From Octopus sinensis (Eukaryota): a stretch of 64,000 bases of DNA. Under the pieces are notes generated by a model. That model saw nothing but the letters and a program-made list of their open reading frames with translations, was not told where the DNA came from and searched no databases. A program made the translations under genes and the position numbers. Of this stretch, positions 36,978 through 49,295 are shown piece by piece (position 1 is the stretch's first letter; each line of letters begins with the position of its first letter). The stretch is from positions 1 to 64,000 of the forward strand of contig NW_021836127.1 in assembly GCF_006345805.1 (NCBI RefSeq), in the 5' to 3' direction.

Positions 36978-37620
36978 CAGCGGTTCTCAACCTTTTTTAG
37001 ACTGGGGACCACTTTTGCACTATAAAATTTTGTGGGGACCACCTTAAATAAAATAAACATTTTTTGGTATTAGCGGACAATTTTTGGCCTCGTCAGGGCC
37101 AGGTTTAGACATGTTCGAATATTTATTATAAAAATAACATGAACATTATGAAAATAACAGAAAATTAAACTCATTTAAAATGTTAAAAAAATCGGCAAGA
37201 TAATACATTTTCGATTTAAAAGTAAAATCATCGAATTGATCGGCCCAATCATGCTGCATATTATCACGCAAAAACAAAGAGATCGCAGGGGAAAGTTCAC
37301 AAATTCTCGAAAGGATTTTCCCCCTTGAAAGCCACCTAATTTCAGAATGATAAAGTAGTATAGAATGATCACTTCCTAACTCTTCACAAAGAGTTTGGAA
37401 AATTCGATGATTAAGTGGTCGAGATCGAATATAGTTTATCACTTTTACAATAGTGTTTAGTGTTTCTCTTAACGACGAACACATAGTTATTGAACAAAGT
37501 GCATATTTGTGCAATGCACAATGTCTAGTAACAATATCAGGAACCAAATCCTTAATACGAGTAACAAGTCCAGATTGATGACCAATCATCGCAGGTACAC
37601 CATCAGTACATATAGATCCA
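36978..37620 (-). mobile_element. Buster-like hAT fragment with one terminus
   Basis: TIR cagcggttctcaacc at 36978 next to atttaaac; CTDGVPAMIG, HCALHKYAL, LLYHSEIRWLSRGKIL. Confidence 0.8.
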
Positions 37621-38149
37621 GTTTAAATTTTAAACTATCGTACTCAAAATGTAAGTTTGCAATTGTATTAAATTATCTAAACATATTTTCAAAAATGCCG
37701 AAAAATCATTTACTTTTGGAATCAAACTACAATCCAGCTTCTCTGGAAGACCCTATCAAGTTGAACCTCGGTCCGTCAGCAAATGCCCCGTCAAAAACGG
37801 CCTGCCGCCCGCTGCGTTCTTGTGGGTGCTCGTGGAAAGATCACCGAGCGAAGATGAGGTCCCTGGTCGACTGCATCGGGATCACGTGACTTTTGTTTGA
37901 TTTTTACCGTCGTCTTGGCGGTTAAATAAAATAAAAATCCATACAATTCGCGTTTTGCTTGTCGATCGGGTATGTACAAAATGTATTTGATTGTTGAAAT
38001 CTAAGCGATTCAAATGTTACTAGAAAAACAACTTAACATGGATTGATTTCGGACTATATGTGAATGGACTGAAGTATTTGTCCTTTGGCATAATATTATT
38101 AGTGATTAATTCAACATTATAGACGCTTTATAACGATGCAAGATTCATC

Positions 38150-38610
38150 AGAGTGTCTACATAAATGTAGACGAGACTAATGCATTCGTTCTAATCCCTA
38201 CAAGAATTATACTCACAAAGTTTGTAGTGGAATAAAGATATCGCCATTCCCAAAACTGACATCTTTGAATTGAATCAAATTTTGAGTTGCATAAGTTTTA
38301 GAGACAATAAAAAAGTTATCGAACAAAAGAACTTTGAGACAACCCCATCCTATGTCAAGACAATTGGAATAATATTACTTTTGCTTTATAGAAAGTCGTA
38401 TTTGTGAAATTTCTCCACTTCAACTTGTTTTAAACCATCTTGTGAGGTGATAGCCACTTCGATTAGATTTATTTCTTTTTGTCATACACAAAAATGGCAG
38501 GTTTATTGAATTGGACTTTCGTCTCAGTCACAATTGACGTGTCAACTCAAATTTCGACATTTCGAGTCGATATTTTTGACAAAACCAAATTTCTTTTCAA
38601 TTTACTGCTT
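38150..38610 (-). mobile_element. R4/NeSL-like LINE RLE C-terminal fragment
   Basis: VDTSIVTETKVQFNKPAIFVYDKK..INLIEVAITSQDGLKQVEVEKFHKYDF...IIPIVLT*DGVVSK. Confidence 0.75.
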
Positions 38611-38960
38611 CGGAATGACAATCTTTCTTTTTCGGGAGGGCAAGTGCCTTGTCTGGGATCCTATGTGCATCGACTCTTTCTGTCCATCGGCAATCATGTC
38701 ATCTGCCACTTCCCCGGGTCCGCTGCGGAAAAGGCTGAGACGGCCAAAATTAAAAAATACCAAGAACTTGGACGCCGTTTTATATTCGTACCAATCGCTT
38801 TGGAGACATCGGGCGTCGCAGGGCCTCTAACCTCGGCCTTCATCAGCGACATCGGGAAGAAATTGGCCCACAGGACGAAAGAGCCACGCGAGGTTTCGTG
38901 GCTATTGCAGCGGATATCCATCGCCATTCTCCGGGGCAACACACGGTACTTTCCGCAGGA
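38611..38960 (+). mobile_element. CRE-like RLE and 3' end fragment
   Basis: GKCLVWDPMCIDSF, SAAEKAETAKIKKY, FVPIALETSGVAGP, WLLQRISIAILRGN. Confidence 0.85.
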
Positions 38961-39009
38961 GGGTGCGATCTTTAGCCCCCCAGAATTTCCCCTCTGTACA
39001 TTCCTAACT

Positions 39010-39300
39010 TATCGGAGCTTGATCGCCAAAGTTGGTCTGCCAGACTTTTTGAGTTGGATCCTTTCTTTTTCTAGGCGTGCCTTGCCAACCTTTTTGGAGA
39101 ATTTTTTGTGATGTTTTGGAGTAGACAGAGAATAAGCCTCCAGTATAGAACTGTTGACGTCGGCAATTATTTTATCCAGTTTGTTTATCCAGAAAAAGAT
39201 TCCTGATTTGCGATAATAGTTGATTCCCTCTTGAGTCCGACGTTTGTCGAGCAAACCAAAGGGGGTACTTACGCCCTTGAATAAACAAACTGAAAAAATG
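39010..39300 (-). mobile_element. R4/NeSL-like LINE pre-RT fragment (longer version at 55690-56320)
   Basis: K/R-rich intronless ORF KKVGKARLEKERIQLKK; copy B continues LRLKALNEEIRNEELY; lies upstream of the R4-like RLE at 38150-38610 on the same strand. Confidence 0.45.
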
Positions 39301-39399
39301 TAAGATCACGACATAGCGAAAATGACATGTGTAATAATAATTCAGTTTTAAAATTGCAAATTATAATTATGCAATAATGAGAAAATTTTTATAAAAAGA

Positions 39400-39873
39400 A
39401 AAAGTTCCCAATGAGAATATGCAATTAACCAATTTATGCAATTAACTGATATATTTTAAATGGAAAGCATATAAATTATGGTTTTAAATCTGCTGCTAAG
39501 AAGGCTGAAAATTTAAAGCTGTCTAAATATTCTTTCCTTTCGGATGAGTTTTTCGTAGTGCCAATAGCGGTGGAGACGTCGGATGCTCTTGGTCCAAAGA
39601 CGGAAAAGTTCCTCCGCAAGCTTGGGGCCAAAATCTCCATTCGCATTTACGATCTTCGGGAGGTGGACTGGCTTTTTCAGCGGTTTTCGATCGCCGTTAT
39701 CCGGGGAACAGTTTGGCGATCCGCCAGGCTGCTGGCCTTTCCTTTGATTAATCTTTTATCACTTTTGCTCGAACTAACAAAATTGAAAAAGAAAATTTCA
39801 AGTTTTAAACATAAATTTATGGCATTAACCAATTTATGCAATTAATCGACATGCAATAAACCAATGTTGACTG
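39400..39873. mobile_element. pogo/Tigger-like element end with subterminal repeats, interrupted by a CRE fragment
   Basis: Ends gttgactg followed by TA (reverse CAGTCAAC); repeated aattaaccaatttatgcaattaa on both sides of the CRE piece; also in copy B. Confidence 0.5.
39480..39760 (+). mobile_element. CRE-like 3' fragment (duplicate at 56480-56760)
   Basis: SAAKKAENLKLSKY, VPIAVETSDALGP, VDWLFQRFSIAVIRG. Confidence 0.85.
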
Positions 39874-40351
39874 TACTCCAGATTTGGGAGAAAAATGATT
39901 TTTCTCTTAGTTGAGAAGGGAAACGGGCAAATTGATATATAACTATAAGGGAACTCGAAACATGCGAGTGATAAAATAGGAAAATATTAGCAATTTTTAG
40001 TGGTTCTATATTGGATGATGTACGGAGTACAAAAGTATCAAAAAACAGCCAGAATATTCTTTATTTTTAGAAAACTAGTTATTAAAGTTAAAACTAACAA
40101 ATAGATATATTACTAAGTTTGTGTATAATGTTAAGTCGTGTCCAGTTCAGGTGAGTTTTAATCGATTATTATTTTTTCGCGCGTGGAATTTTTTTAAAAT
40201 TCAATTAGATACTTATAGATGAATGTTTTTGGTGCCGTACAATACATTTAACCAAAACTAGGTCTGAAGAATTATCAACTCTTCCTTATTTATGGAATAT
40301 GGTTTTGTGTCAATTGTGTGAATATATACGGGACGCACACAGTATATAGAG

Positions 40352-42431
40352 CAGTGATTCTCAAGCTTTTTTGCTCAGGGGCCGCAAATTAAAAAAAAAA
40401 TTTACAGGGGCCGCAAATAATTTTTAAGAATTATTTATTAACCAAATAATCAAAATTAGGTTTAATTCTACTTGTTGAAGTACGTAACAAATCACTCAGA
40501 TGAGTATCAGTCAATCTGCTGCGAAACTTTGTTTTAATTCGAACGAGTTTACTAAATGTCGATTCGCAGACATATGTTGATCCAAACATTGCTAAATTTT
40601 TCTTTGCATTATTGACTAAATTCGGAAATCGGTTCTCTGGAATTCTCGAATAAAAGTCAATTATTGAAATGTTGTTGAACAAACTTTTCAGTTCAACATC
40701 ATTTTGCAAATCAATCAATTCCAGTTGGTAAATCCCGGAAACCTCCTCACTTTTCATAATTAATGGAGATGCAAATAATCTCATTGAATTTGCACCTTCT
40801 TTAAAGCTCTGTCAGCTTAAATTAAATACTAAAAACCTGAAATCTTGCATCAAATTGCAAATTTAAATCTTCAATTATTTTTAAATATTTATCAGTTGAG
40901 CCACTTTCGGAATTTTCTGACAAATAAGGAAAATGTGTGTAATCATTATTTGATATCTGCGCTTTCCATAAAATTAATTTCTTAACGAAGGCATTTATAT
41001 ATCCATAAATTTGATAATTTAGCTTATTTTCCCCTTGTAGTTCGACATTTAGGGCAGACAGATGCACCGATAGATCCACATAAAATGCTAAATCTGCTAC
41101 CCATCTATTGTCTTTCAATAATGCATTGTCCACTTTATTTTCAGTGAATAAAATAATTTCAGGGAGAAGTTGATAAAATCTAAATATAAAAATAAAAGAA
41201 ATTAACCTTTTGAGACAAGAGCTACGGCTTAACCATCTTACTACTGAGAAAAGAAGGACATCGCCATAATCCGAATCGGTTTCAGTTAAAAATGTTTTAA
41301 ATTTTCGGTGATTCAAGGCGTTCGCCCGAATCCAATTGACAATTTTTATCACTACTTCAGAAACATTTTCCATTTTAATATTTTTGGAAATTAGGTTTTC
41401 CTGATGAATAATGCAATGATGCCATAATACTGGAGTCCAGTTATTATCACACCTCCATTTATTCATACGTCCACGAAAACCAGTTTTACTGCCAATCATA
41501 TAAGGGGCTCCATCAGTTGAAATTGAAACTAATTTTTTTGGATCCAGTTGATAATCTTCAATTAATTTCACAATTGGAGAAAAAATCTGTGTTCCTTTAG
41601 TTTCTCCGTGAAGTGAATTCAATGAAAAAAATTCTTCGTATACTCGAAAGTCAGATGTTACTCCCCTTATAAACACTACTAATTGTTCGATATCTGAAAT
41701 ATCTTTGGAACAATCAAGCGCAAAAGAATAATATTGAAAATCTTTACAAATTCTAAAAATTACAAAACAATTTGCATACTGTAAAAGTTCGTTAATCAGA
41801 TTATCAGATATATCACTGACTCTTCTAGTAACAGTATCGTTACTTAGAGGTAACTTGTGTGCAATATCGAAAACAGCGGGCGAACAACATTCCGATGCAA
41901 ATATTTCGATTGCCGTTTTATATAATTCGCCATCAGAATAAGGCTTCATATTTTTAGCCAATAGGTAACTAATTTTGTATGATGCCAGGTTAATATTAGA
42001 CGAATATGTGCCACTTTTGAAAGTAAATGATCGTTTTAAATAATCTTCTTTCATTTGTTTTAGTTTTTTCGTCCGAGAAACACCAGTGAATTTGTCATAA
42101 AGAATAGAGTGGAAACGGTAGTGCCGTTCGATTGTATACGTTTTTAGAGTTGCAATAATAGAATGGCATATTAGGCAAAGAGCCTTTCCATTGATCTCAA
42201 TAATGAAATATTTTTCTTCCCAGATGTGTTGAAAAATCCTATTTTCCTCGGAAAGTTTTCGACAACGTTTAGAATCAGACATCACAACAACAAATAAAAA
42301 ACGTGACATTTTTTTATTCATAAAATTTAAAAATATTAAATTAAAAAATAAAACATTTATAAAACCTAGGGGCCGCAAATTAAATCCTAGGGGCCGCATG
42401 CGGCCCCAGGGGCCGCACTTGAGAATCACTG
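40352..42431 (-). mobile_element. Full-length SPIN/Buster-type hAT transposon (2080 bp)
   Basis: Perfect 13-bp TIRs cagtgattctcaa / ttgagaatcactg; perfect TSD atatagag (40344-40351, 42432-42439); GGCCGC subterminal repeats; single atatagag at the matching site in copy B (57348-57355). Confidence 0.97.
40431..42282 (-). CDS. Apparently intact hAT transposase (GTF2IRD2/EPM2AIP1-like) with three micro-introns
   Basis: KALCLICH...IERHY, SFALDCSKD, STDGAPYM, HCIIHQE, VRWLSRS, FGSTYVCESTFS. Introns 41753-41779, 41180-41206 and 40809-40836 restore ELLQICKDFQY, LKRFYQL and RFQSFKEG. Confidence 0.9.
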
Positions 42432-42852
42432 ATATAGAGTATTGACAGTATAATTTAAGAAAACTTTTCTAAGTGTATTTCAATCTGTTAAATTATAAGT
42501 ATAATTAATTTAACCACAGATAAAAAAAATCATGTTGCTGATGTAATTGACAAAAATATTGTGTCATTTATCTTTTTATAATGGATTAACCATTTATAAT
42601 AGATGATGAAATATCCAATAAAACTGTTTTTTTGAAATAAAAATTTCAGATTGATAAACATTTTCTGTTAATTTTTAGGGTTTAGTAATTTATATTCCAA
42701 ATTGAAATAAGTCCATTTGTTGTTTAAATTCAAAAAATGCTCAAATTTGTGTTTTTTAATGGATTTCGAATTAATTTTCTAATTCCAATAAAAATTCCAA
42801 TTAACGAAAGTTTACTATAAATATGACTTAATTTCAAATTTTCGAAATAAAT

Positions 42853-44892
42853 ATGGATAAAGAAAATCTTACAGTAAAACACGAAACATGGTCACGGAAA
42901 TTTGATTTTCTCGTTTCTGCAATGGGACTTTGCATTGGATTTGGAAATGTTTGGAGATTTCCATATTTATGTTATAAACACGGTGGAGGTAATAATTTTT
43001 TTGATAAAAATAAATAGGAGCGTTTCTTATTGCCTATTTTTCAGCTGCAGTTGTTTGTGGAATCCCAATATTTTATCTTGAATGTTTTCTAGGACAAATT
43101 ACAAGACGATCTCCGTACATTGCTTGGAAATTTTGTCCACTTTTTGAAGGTAATAAAAAACATCATTTTTAAGGTCTTGGATTGGGATTTTTAATGGTCA
43201 ATATTTATATCGGATTTTATTTGATACAAATATTGTCTTGGGTGTTTTATTACATGTTTGCATCATTTATTAATCCATTACCGTGGACATATTGCAATCC
43301 TGCATGGGCAAGCAATAGATGCTTAACAAACTTTACGTTAGTCGCAGCAAACTCATCTTACTATACAGATCCAGTGAATGAATATTTTAGGTATGTATAT
43401 TTTCAATTTTATTAAAAGAAACCAAGTTTTGAAATTGAGTCCATCTATTAACAATATTGGGTCAATTAATTATCCTCTTGTAGGATGTTCATTACTTGCA
43501 TATATAATATGTTATTTTGTTATATGGAAAGGTATTAGAATATCTGGAAAGGTTTTTTGAAAGATTCATTTTAGATAATGTATTTAACGTCACTTTTACC
43601 ATTTGTATTAATTTTTGTACTTTTATGTCGAAGTTGTTCATTAAAAGGTGCTATAGTTGGCATCAAATATTATCTTTCTCCAAATTTCAAAACTTTAACA
43701 AAAATTGATGTATAATGAGATTTATAATTGCACAGGTCTGGTCAGATGCTGGAGGACAAATATTTTTTTCATATGGGGTTGCTTGTGGAGTACTCACTGC
43801 CCTTGCATCTCACAATAAACTTGATCACAATGTTTATATGTAATATATTTTTTATTATATAATAAGGGATTCGATTCGTTGTACAATTATGAATTCAGTT
43901 TGTAGCCTACTTTCAGGATTTGTGATATTTCCTGTACTTGGCTTTATGGCTCAGCGACAAAATGTACATATTAGCGACGTTGCTGATTCTGGTATAAATT
44001 TCCGTCATACTAATTTTATAGGTCCTGGGCTAGCATTTATTGCTTATCCAAGAGCTCTGGCAGAATTAAAAGGATCGAATGTTTGGTCATTCTTTTTTTT
44101 TCTAGCGTTGATTTTTATTGGAATTGATTCTGCGGTTTATAATGTAATAATAAATTATTTCAGTTCATTACATTGGAAACAAGCGTTTTATCAATCGAGG
44201 ATATGTTAGAGGGACGATTTAAAATAAAATATCGAAAAGAAATTATATCTTTAATATTATCTGTTGCGTCATTTCTTGTCGGACTATCGATGAATACCAA
44301 CGTAAATGTATTCAAACAATAGTTTAGGGAGGAATGTATGTATTTCAAATCATAAACTATTTTCCTCTTAGTCAATTTTTAATAATCACGGGAATATTGG
44401 AAGGTGTTATAGTCGCTTGGATATACGGTTTGTATTTTAATTTTATTTTTAGGCTACGATAGATTTCAGGAAGATTTGAAATTTTTAAATTTACAGAGCC
44501 AAGGAAAAATTTTTAAATATGTGCTTTGTATATTGACCCCGATATTTGGACTGGTATTTTAATATTAAACTAATTTAGACTATTTTTATCTTAAATACTC
44601 TTCTTTCTACAACCATTAGTTATGATGGTTATATTTTTCCATGGTGGGCTACACTAGTTGGATGGGTTTTAAATTGCACAATTCTTTTTCCAATTCTTGG
44701 TTTCGGAATCTATAATTTTTACAAACTTGATGAAAAAAATCTTATTAAAGTTTTTTATTTTAAATCTATATTTTTAAATAGAGATTCATGTTACTTTTGA
44801 AGTGTAAGGATCTCGTGACAGACGAAATTAATGAAATTAAGAAGGAAATTGACAAAACGAAAACTGATCAAAACATTTTATCTTATCTATAA
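42853..44892 (+). CDS. SLC6: SLC6 sodium/chloride-dependent neurotransmitter/amino-acid transporter, copy A
   Basis: [78 protein letters not shown]; many 23-31 nt introns. Confidence 0.95.
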
Positions 44893-45352
44893 AAAATTAA
44901 TTAAAATATAATACTCTATAACAATTTATTCTAATATTTTTTCATTAATTTTTTAAACGAATAATACTTAATTATAAATTGGAAGTATTTTTAGTAGTAG
45001 ATTTTCAAATGTGGTAGTTCATGTATTCACAAAAATAACAAAATGTTTATTTTTTTGAAATTAATTATTAGTTTTAAAGCCCTAAAAATTAAAAATTTAG
45101 CTTGAAAAATTTCATTTTTATTCCGAAAAACTTCTTAACGACGTTTATCAAAATTGACAAGAATAACACTCGAAAAAAGCCAAATACTAATGGACTGCTG
45201 TTAATAATTGGTTCTTTGAAATTTTTATCAAATGTCTAAAATATATTTAAATGATAATACTTTAATCATTTTTTGAGTAATATCTAGAAATTTTATTATT
45301 TCTAAATAATGTTCTTCTTTCTCTGGTTCACGTTCAACTTCTTCATATATTT

Positions 45353-46990
45353 TTATCTAAGAAAACATAAATGATTTTGTTCTAAAATTAATACTTGTTC
45401 TCTTAAAATAGCATTATTATCAGTTAAATTCGTATTGAATTCCTTCTTAGTGGCAATAATTGAAATCAGGTATATTCCGAGTACTAATACCCATCCCAAC
45501 ATAATATAAACATTAACATTCATCATAGAATTGTATTTTAGCGACAATTTAATATAGTATAATATTAAAAATGCCAAAATTACAAAAATAAAAAACGCCC
45601 ATTTGATTATCATTTGTATTGAACTACAAGGTTCCGATTTCTTAAAAAGAATATTCAATTAAATACTTTTACATGAGATCTTAAATGAAGCCATACCTTA
45701 ATGTTGTTGAATGAATTCAGCCTAAAATAAACAATGGATTTTATTTTTGATTTTTGAAAAGATGTAACTGACATAAAATATTTACAGTAATTCATTTTCT
45801 AATTTTGTACAAAATTAATACTTGTTTCCAAGATTTGTCAGCAAGAAAAATCAAAAATATTCCAAATAAGTTTATAAATGATGCCTGTAAAATTAGAAAA
45901 CAGGTAATTATTTTTTCCCTATTGTTTAATTAATATGCAATACGTTTTAGAACATCCAAATAAAATATTTAGTATTTGTATTAACTGGATTGGTTCGACG
46001 TCTGCCACACTTTCTTTCCACTTAAAAAATGGCAGAATAATTGCAATCATCATTGATAAAATAACAGCAAAGAATATATGAAATTTTGAATTATTCGATT
46101 TATTTATTCTATGAGTCATAATATCAAAAATATCATTTGCTGTTAAATGAAATTGTTTTAAAGTTCCATTTTTATCAATTTCACATTGAACTGATAATTA
46201 ACGTTATTTATCAAATATAAACCTTTTAATTCAGCAAGATTCTATTAAAAAATTATCTTAAATAAAAAACATTATTCATGTCGGTTATTGTTCGGCCGTC
46301 TTTATTTTGATTTGAGATTATAATAGAATTATTCTTATAAATTATTTCCCTGCATATTAACGATAAATCATACTCATAGTCAATATGTGAGTAAATGATC
46401 GTGATTATTAAATAAGTAATCATATTTGATTTAAATATTGAATATATCTAAAATATAATTTATATTTTAACCATTAAATTTGACACCATTATATTATAAT
46501 AAATGTCTAGCAGAAAAATTATGAGATTGCTAAAATAAAAAAATATTAAAATATTGAATGCAAATCCAATTTTTTCTTTCCACCTTTTTATTAAATTGTT
46601 GAAAAAATACCATAATTTGTAACATGGAGCGAGTATTGCTCTTTTTAATCCTAAGATTATAATATGACCAATTTTCTGACATAATTTATTATTTGAAGTC
46701 ATTTCACCTATTAAATGATAATTTTTTTCAAGTTTACAATCAATTATGTTTGTGTCTAACACTTCAATGTTGGACTCAATATTCTCTATTATTTGACCAT
46801 TTTCTAAAATTTTCTATTAAAAGTATTGTTTTTAATTCTAACTTCAATTTGACAATTTTCAAAATTGACTGGTTTGTCAAATCTTTTGAACTAAGGAAAA
46901 TATTAATATTGTCTTCAACCTCGTTTTCAAGCCAATTTTCAATTTGATTTAACATTCTGTGAATAAAATTGTTAATATTCTGTTTATATA
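45353..46990 (-). CDS. Uncharacterised multi-pass membrane protein, copy A (start uncertain)
   Basis: Hydrophilic N-terminal exons followed by hydrophobic segments FAFNILIFFYFSNLIIFLL, FHIFFAVILSMMIAIILPFF, WAFFIFVILAFLILYY, VYIMLGWVLVLGIYLISII; family not recognised. Confidence 0.5.
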
Positions 46991-47283
46991 AACCCTAATT
47001 TAATGTTATGTAATAAAAAATTTAATTGTATACATATTAATTATTTCATAGACAATCTAACTGATTGAATAAATGTTAATTTTATTTAAACTTTAATGAA
47101 TTTTTTAGTCAAAATTTGGTTTAGTACATGATTGTAGGATTTATTTGTGATGCATTACAACTCTACTGATTATGAAAATAACTACAAAACTTTATATAGG
47201 TTTTAATTATTTATAAAAATATAATATAATAACATTCTGTGGAAGTTTTTTTTAATTTCTAAATAAAATATTACCACGTTAAG

Positions 47284-48171
47284 ATGACTGACGTTGTTAT
47301 GTTTGTATTCATTCAAATTATTTTTATTAATATTTTGACTATGAGATTAATTTATTTGGTTTATTTAGGACAGATATTCCAAGAGTTGTGCCAGAGACTT
47401 ACTTAAAAAGACGAAAGGTCATTCAGGCCCAGAAAAAATTATTTAAAATGGACAAAGAACAAAGCCGAAAAGTATTCCATCAAAATAACACTAAAAGAAT
47501 TTCCTAGAACGTAAAAAAGACATAATTGCTCGTGGAGCGAAATATCACCAAGAATATAAAGAAATGAACGAAGAAAAACTCGCATCTCATCGAATTGCAA
47601 AAGCAGAAAACAAAATATTCGTAGAAGAGGAGCCCAAAGTGGCCTTTGTAATCAGAATACGCGGGTAAATAAAAAATGATATTTTAAGAATTCGTAAATG
47701 CCCTCCAAAAACTCGAAAAATACTGCAATTGCTCCGATTGAGGCAAATTAATAACGGAATCTTCATTAAGCTTAATAAAGCCACAATGAACATGCTGAGA
47801 TTGGCCCAAACTCATCTCACGTGGGGATATCCTTCGTTGAGGACTGTCCGCAGTCTTGTCTATAAACGAGGAGCAGGAAGGATTGACAATCGCATTATTC
47901 CTCTTACGAATAATTTTATGATTGAGCAGAAACTTGGTTTGGTTGTGTTTTATAATTTATAGGGAAATATGACATTGTTTGTATGGAGGATTTAGTGCAT
48001 GAAATATTCACTGCTGGCTCAAAGTTTAGAGAGGCGACTAATTTTATGGCGCCTTTCCATTTGAGTTCTCCTCGCGGAGGGTGGATGAGAAAAGCTCATC
48101 ATTTTGTTGAGAATGGAGATTATGGAAATCGGGAGAATGAGATAAATAAGTTAGTTTCCAGGATGATTTAA
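47284..48171 (+). CDS. RPL7: 60S ribosomal protein L7 (uL30), copy A
   Basis: [80 protein letters not shown]. Confidence 0.97.
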
Positions 48172-48276
48172 TTCTTTTGGTGATTTTTCTTTTAACCGTT
48201 TTTGTCTTTCACTTTTTACGGATTTTTTAAACGTTTAAATGGCTTTAAAAGTTACCTTTTTCAAAATTTTTTTATA

Positions 48277-48368
48277 AATCCCATTTAGTTCGTTATTAAT
48301 CCCACTTAGTTTGATGTTAATCCCACTTAGTTTTCTGCTAATAGTTTGGTACTAATCCCATTTAGTGT
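48277..48368. repeat. Four imperfect copies of aatcccaYttagt
   Basis: Seen at about 48277, 48298, 48319 and 48354; also begins in copy B at about 63960. Confidence 0.75.
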
Positions 48369-48589
48369 GGGAAATAGTATAGATAATACATTAATATTAT
48401 CACTCGACTAAAATATGTCACATATTGGTATTGTCTCCTGAAATTAAAGGAATGAAGGCAATCATTAGAAAAACAATTTTTTGAAAAGTTAGAGAACCTA
48501 CGGAAAAGAGCCAGCTACATAATTATAGGTTCTCCATTTATTATTATTATTAAGACACTATTCTTAAGAACATAATAAAAATTATAATC

Positions 48590-48930
48590 CCACACGTTTA
48601 ACAAGTGAGACGATTTTCTGAACCATCCTTGTCAAGCCCCCTCTATTGTGGGCAAAAGCCCCGTAGGAAATTCAGGTCGTTTTCATTTTGTAATTTCTTA
48701 CCAACGGAGCAGAGATCCCTTCCCAAAACTCACAGGAGTGTATATCTCGGTCTTCCACGATATTTTTCGCCATACTTAATGAAGTATTCGTGCATTGCAA
48801 GATTAGGAATCTCAAGATGTGCCCGAATAGTTTCCAGCGACCTGCCACTATTTCTGCAGACAGCGGTGTAGCGTTATAGTGTTTGTAGAGTGACCAGTTA
48901 TTGATTTTAGATGGCAAGTGAAGTTCGTGT
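48590..48930 (-). mobile_element. RTE-like LINE C-terminal fragment
   Basis: PLSAEIVAGRWKLFGHILR, related to PISLEITECRSRLFGHILR at about 52250. Confidence 0.65.
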
Positions 48931-49295
48931 AGAAGGCGCAGCTGCTTGCGGTGGAAGGAGTCTATAGTTTTCAGTTCAGTATCCGAGATTCCCCATGTTG
49001 AGGAATTTTAAAGTAGGATAGGTTTCACAAAGACGTAGTAAAGTATTGATCTGAATTGCCGATTGACAAGCCGGGTTTGGAGCCATGTTTTGCATATTCT
49101 GCTTAGTGCCGCGGTAGCTAGGCAACTTTCTGCGGGTAATGTTTTCGAACAATAAAGATACAAAATGTCGATTTAGATATTGTTTAAACACATTATTAGA
49201 GATACAATAGATATTTTATAAAAAATAATAAATTTATATATCAATATAATTTTTAAAACTCCACGTTATTTGAGTGTTTATACATAATTTTGTTG

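Larger units (their letters stand above)
39010..48317. repeat. Segmental duplication copy A (partner 56034-64000, running off the window)
   Basis: Near-identical colinear sequence including R4 and CRE fragments, SLC6, the membrane gene and RPL7; scattered substitutions and small indels. Confidence 0.97.

Noticed and set aside
37700-37870. GC-rich 170-bp patch as an RNA gene or identifiable ORF
   Set aside because: No tRNA, snRNA or protein motif recognised; most likely another retroelement scrap.
45700-46120. Ionotropic glutamate receptor or class C GPCR identity for the membrane gene
   Set aside because: No SYTANLAA motif, the linker is too short for S2, and the TM count and order do not fit.
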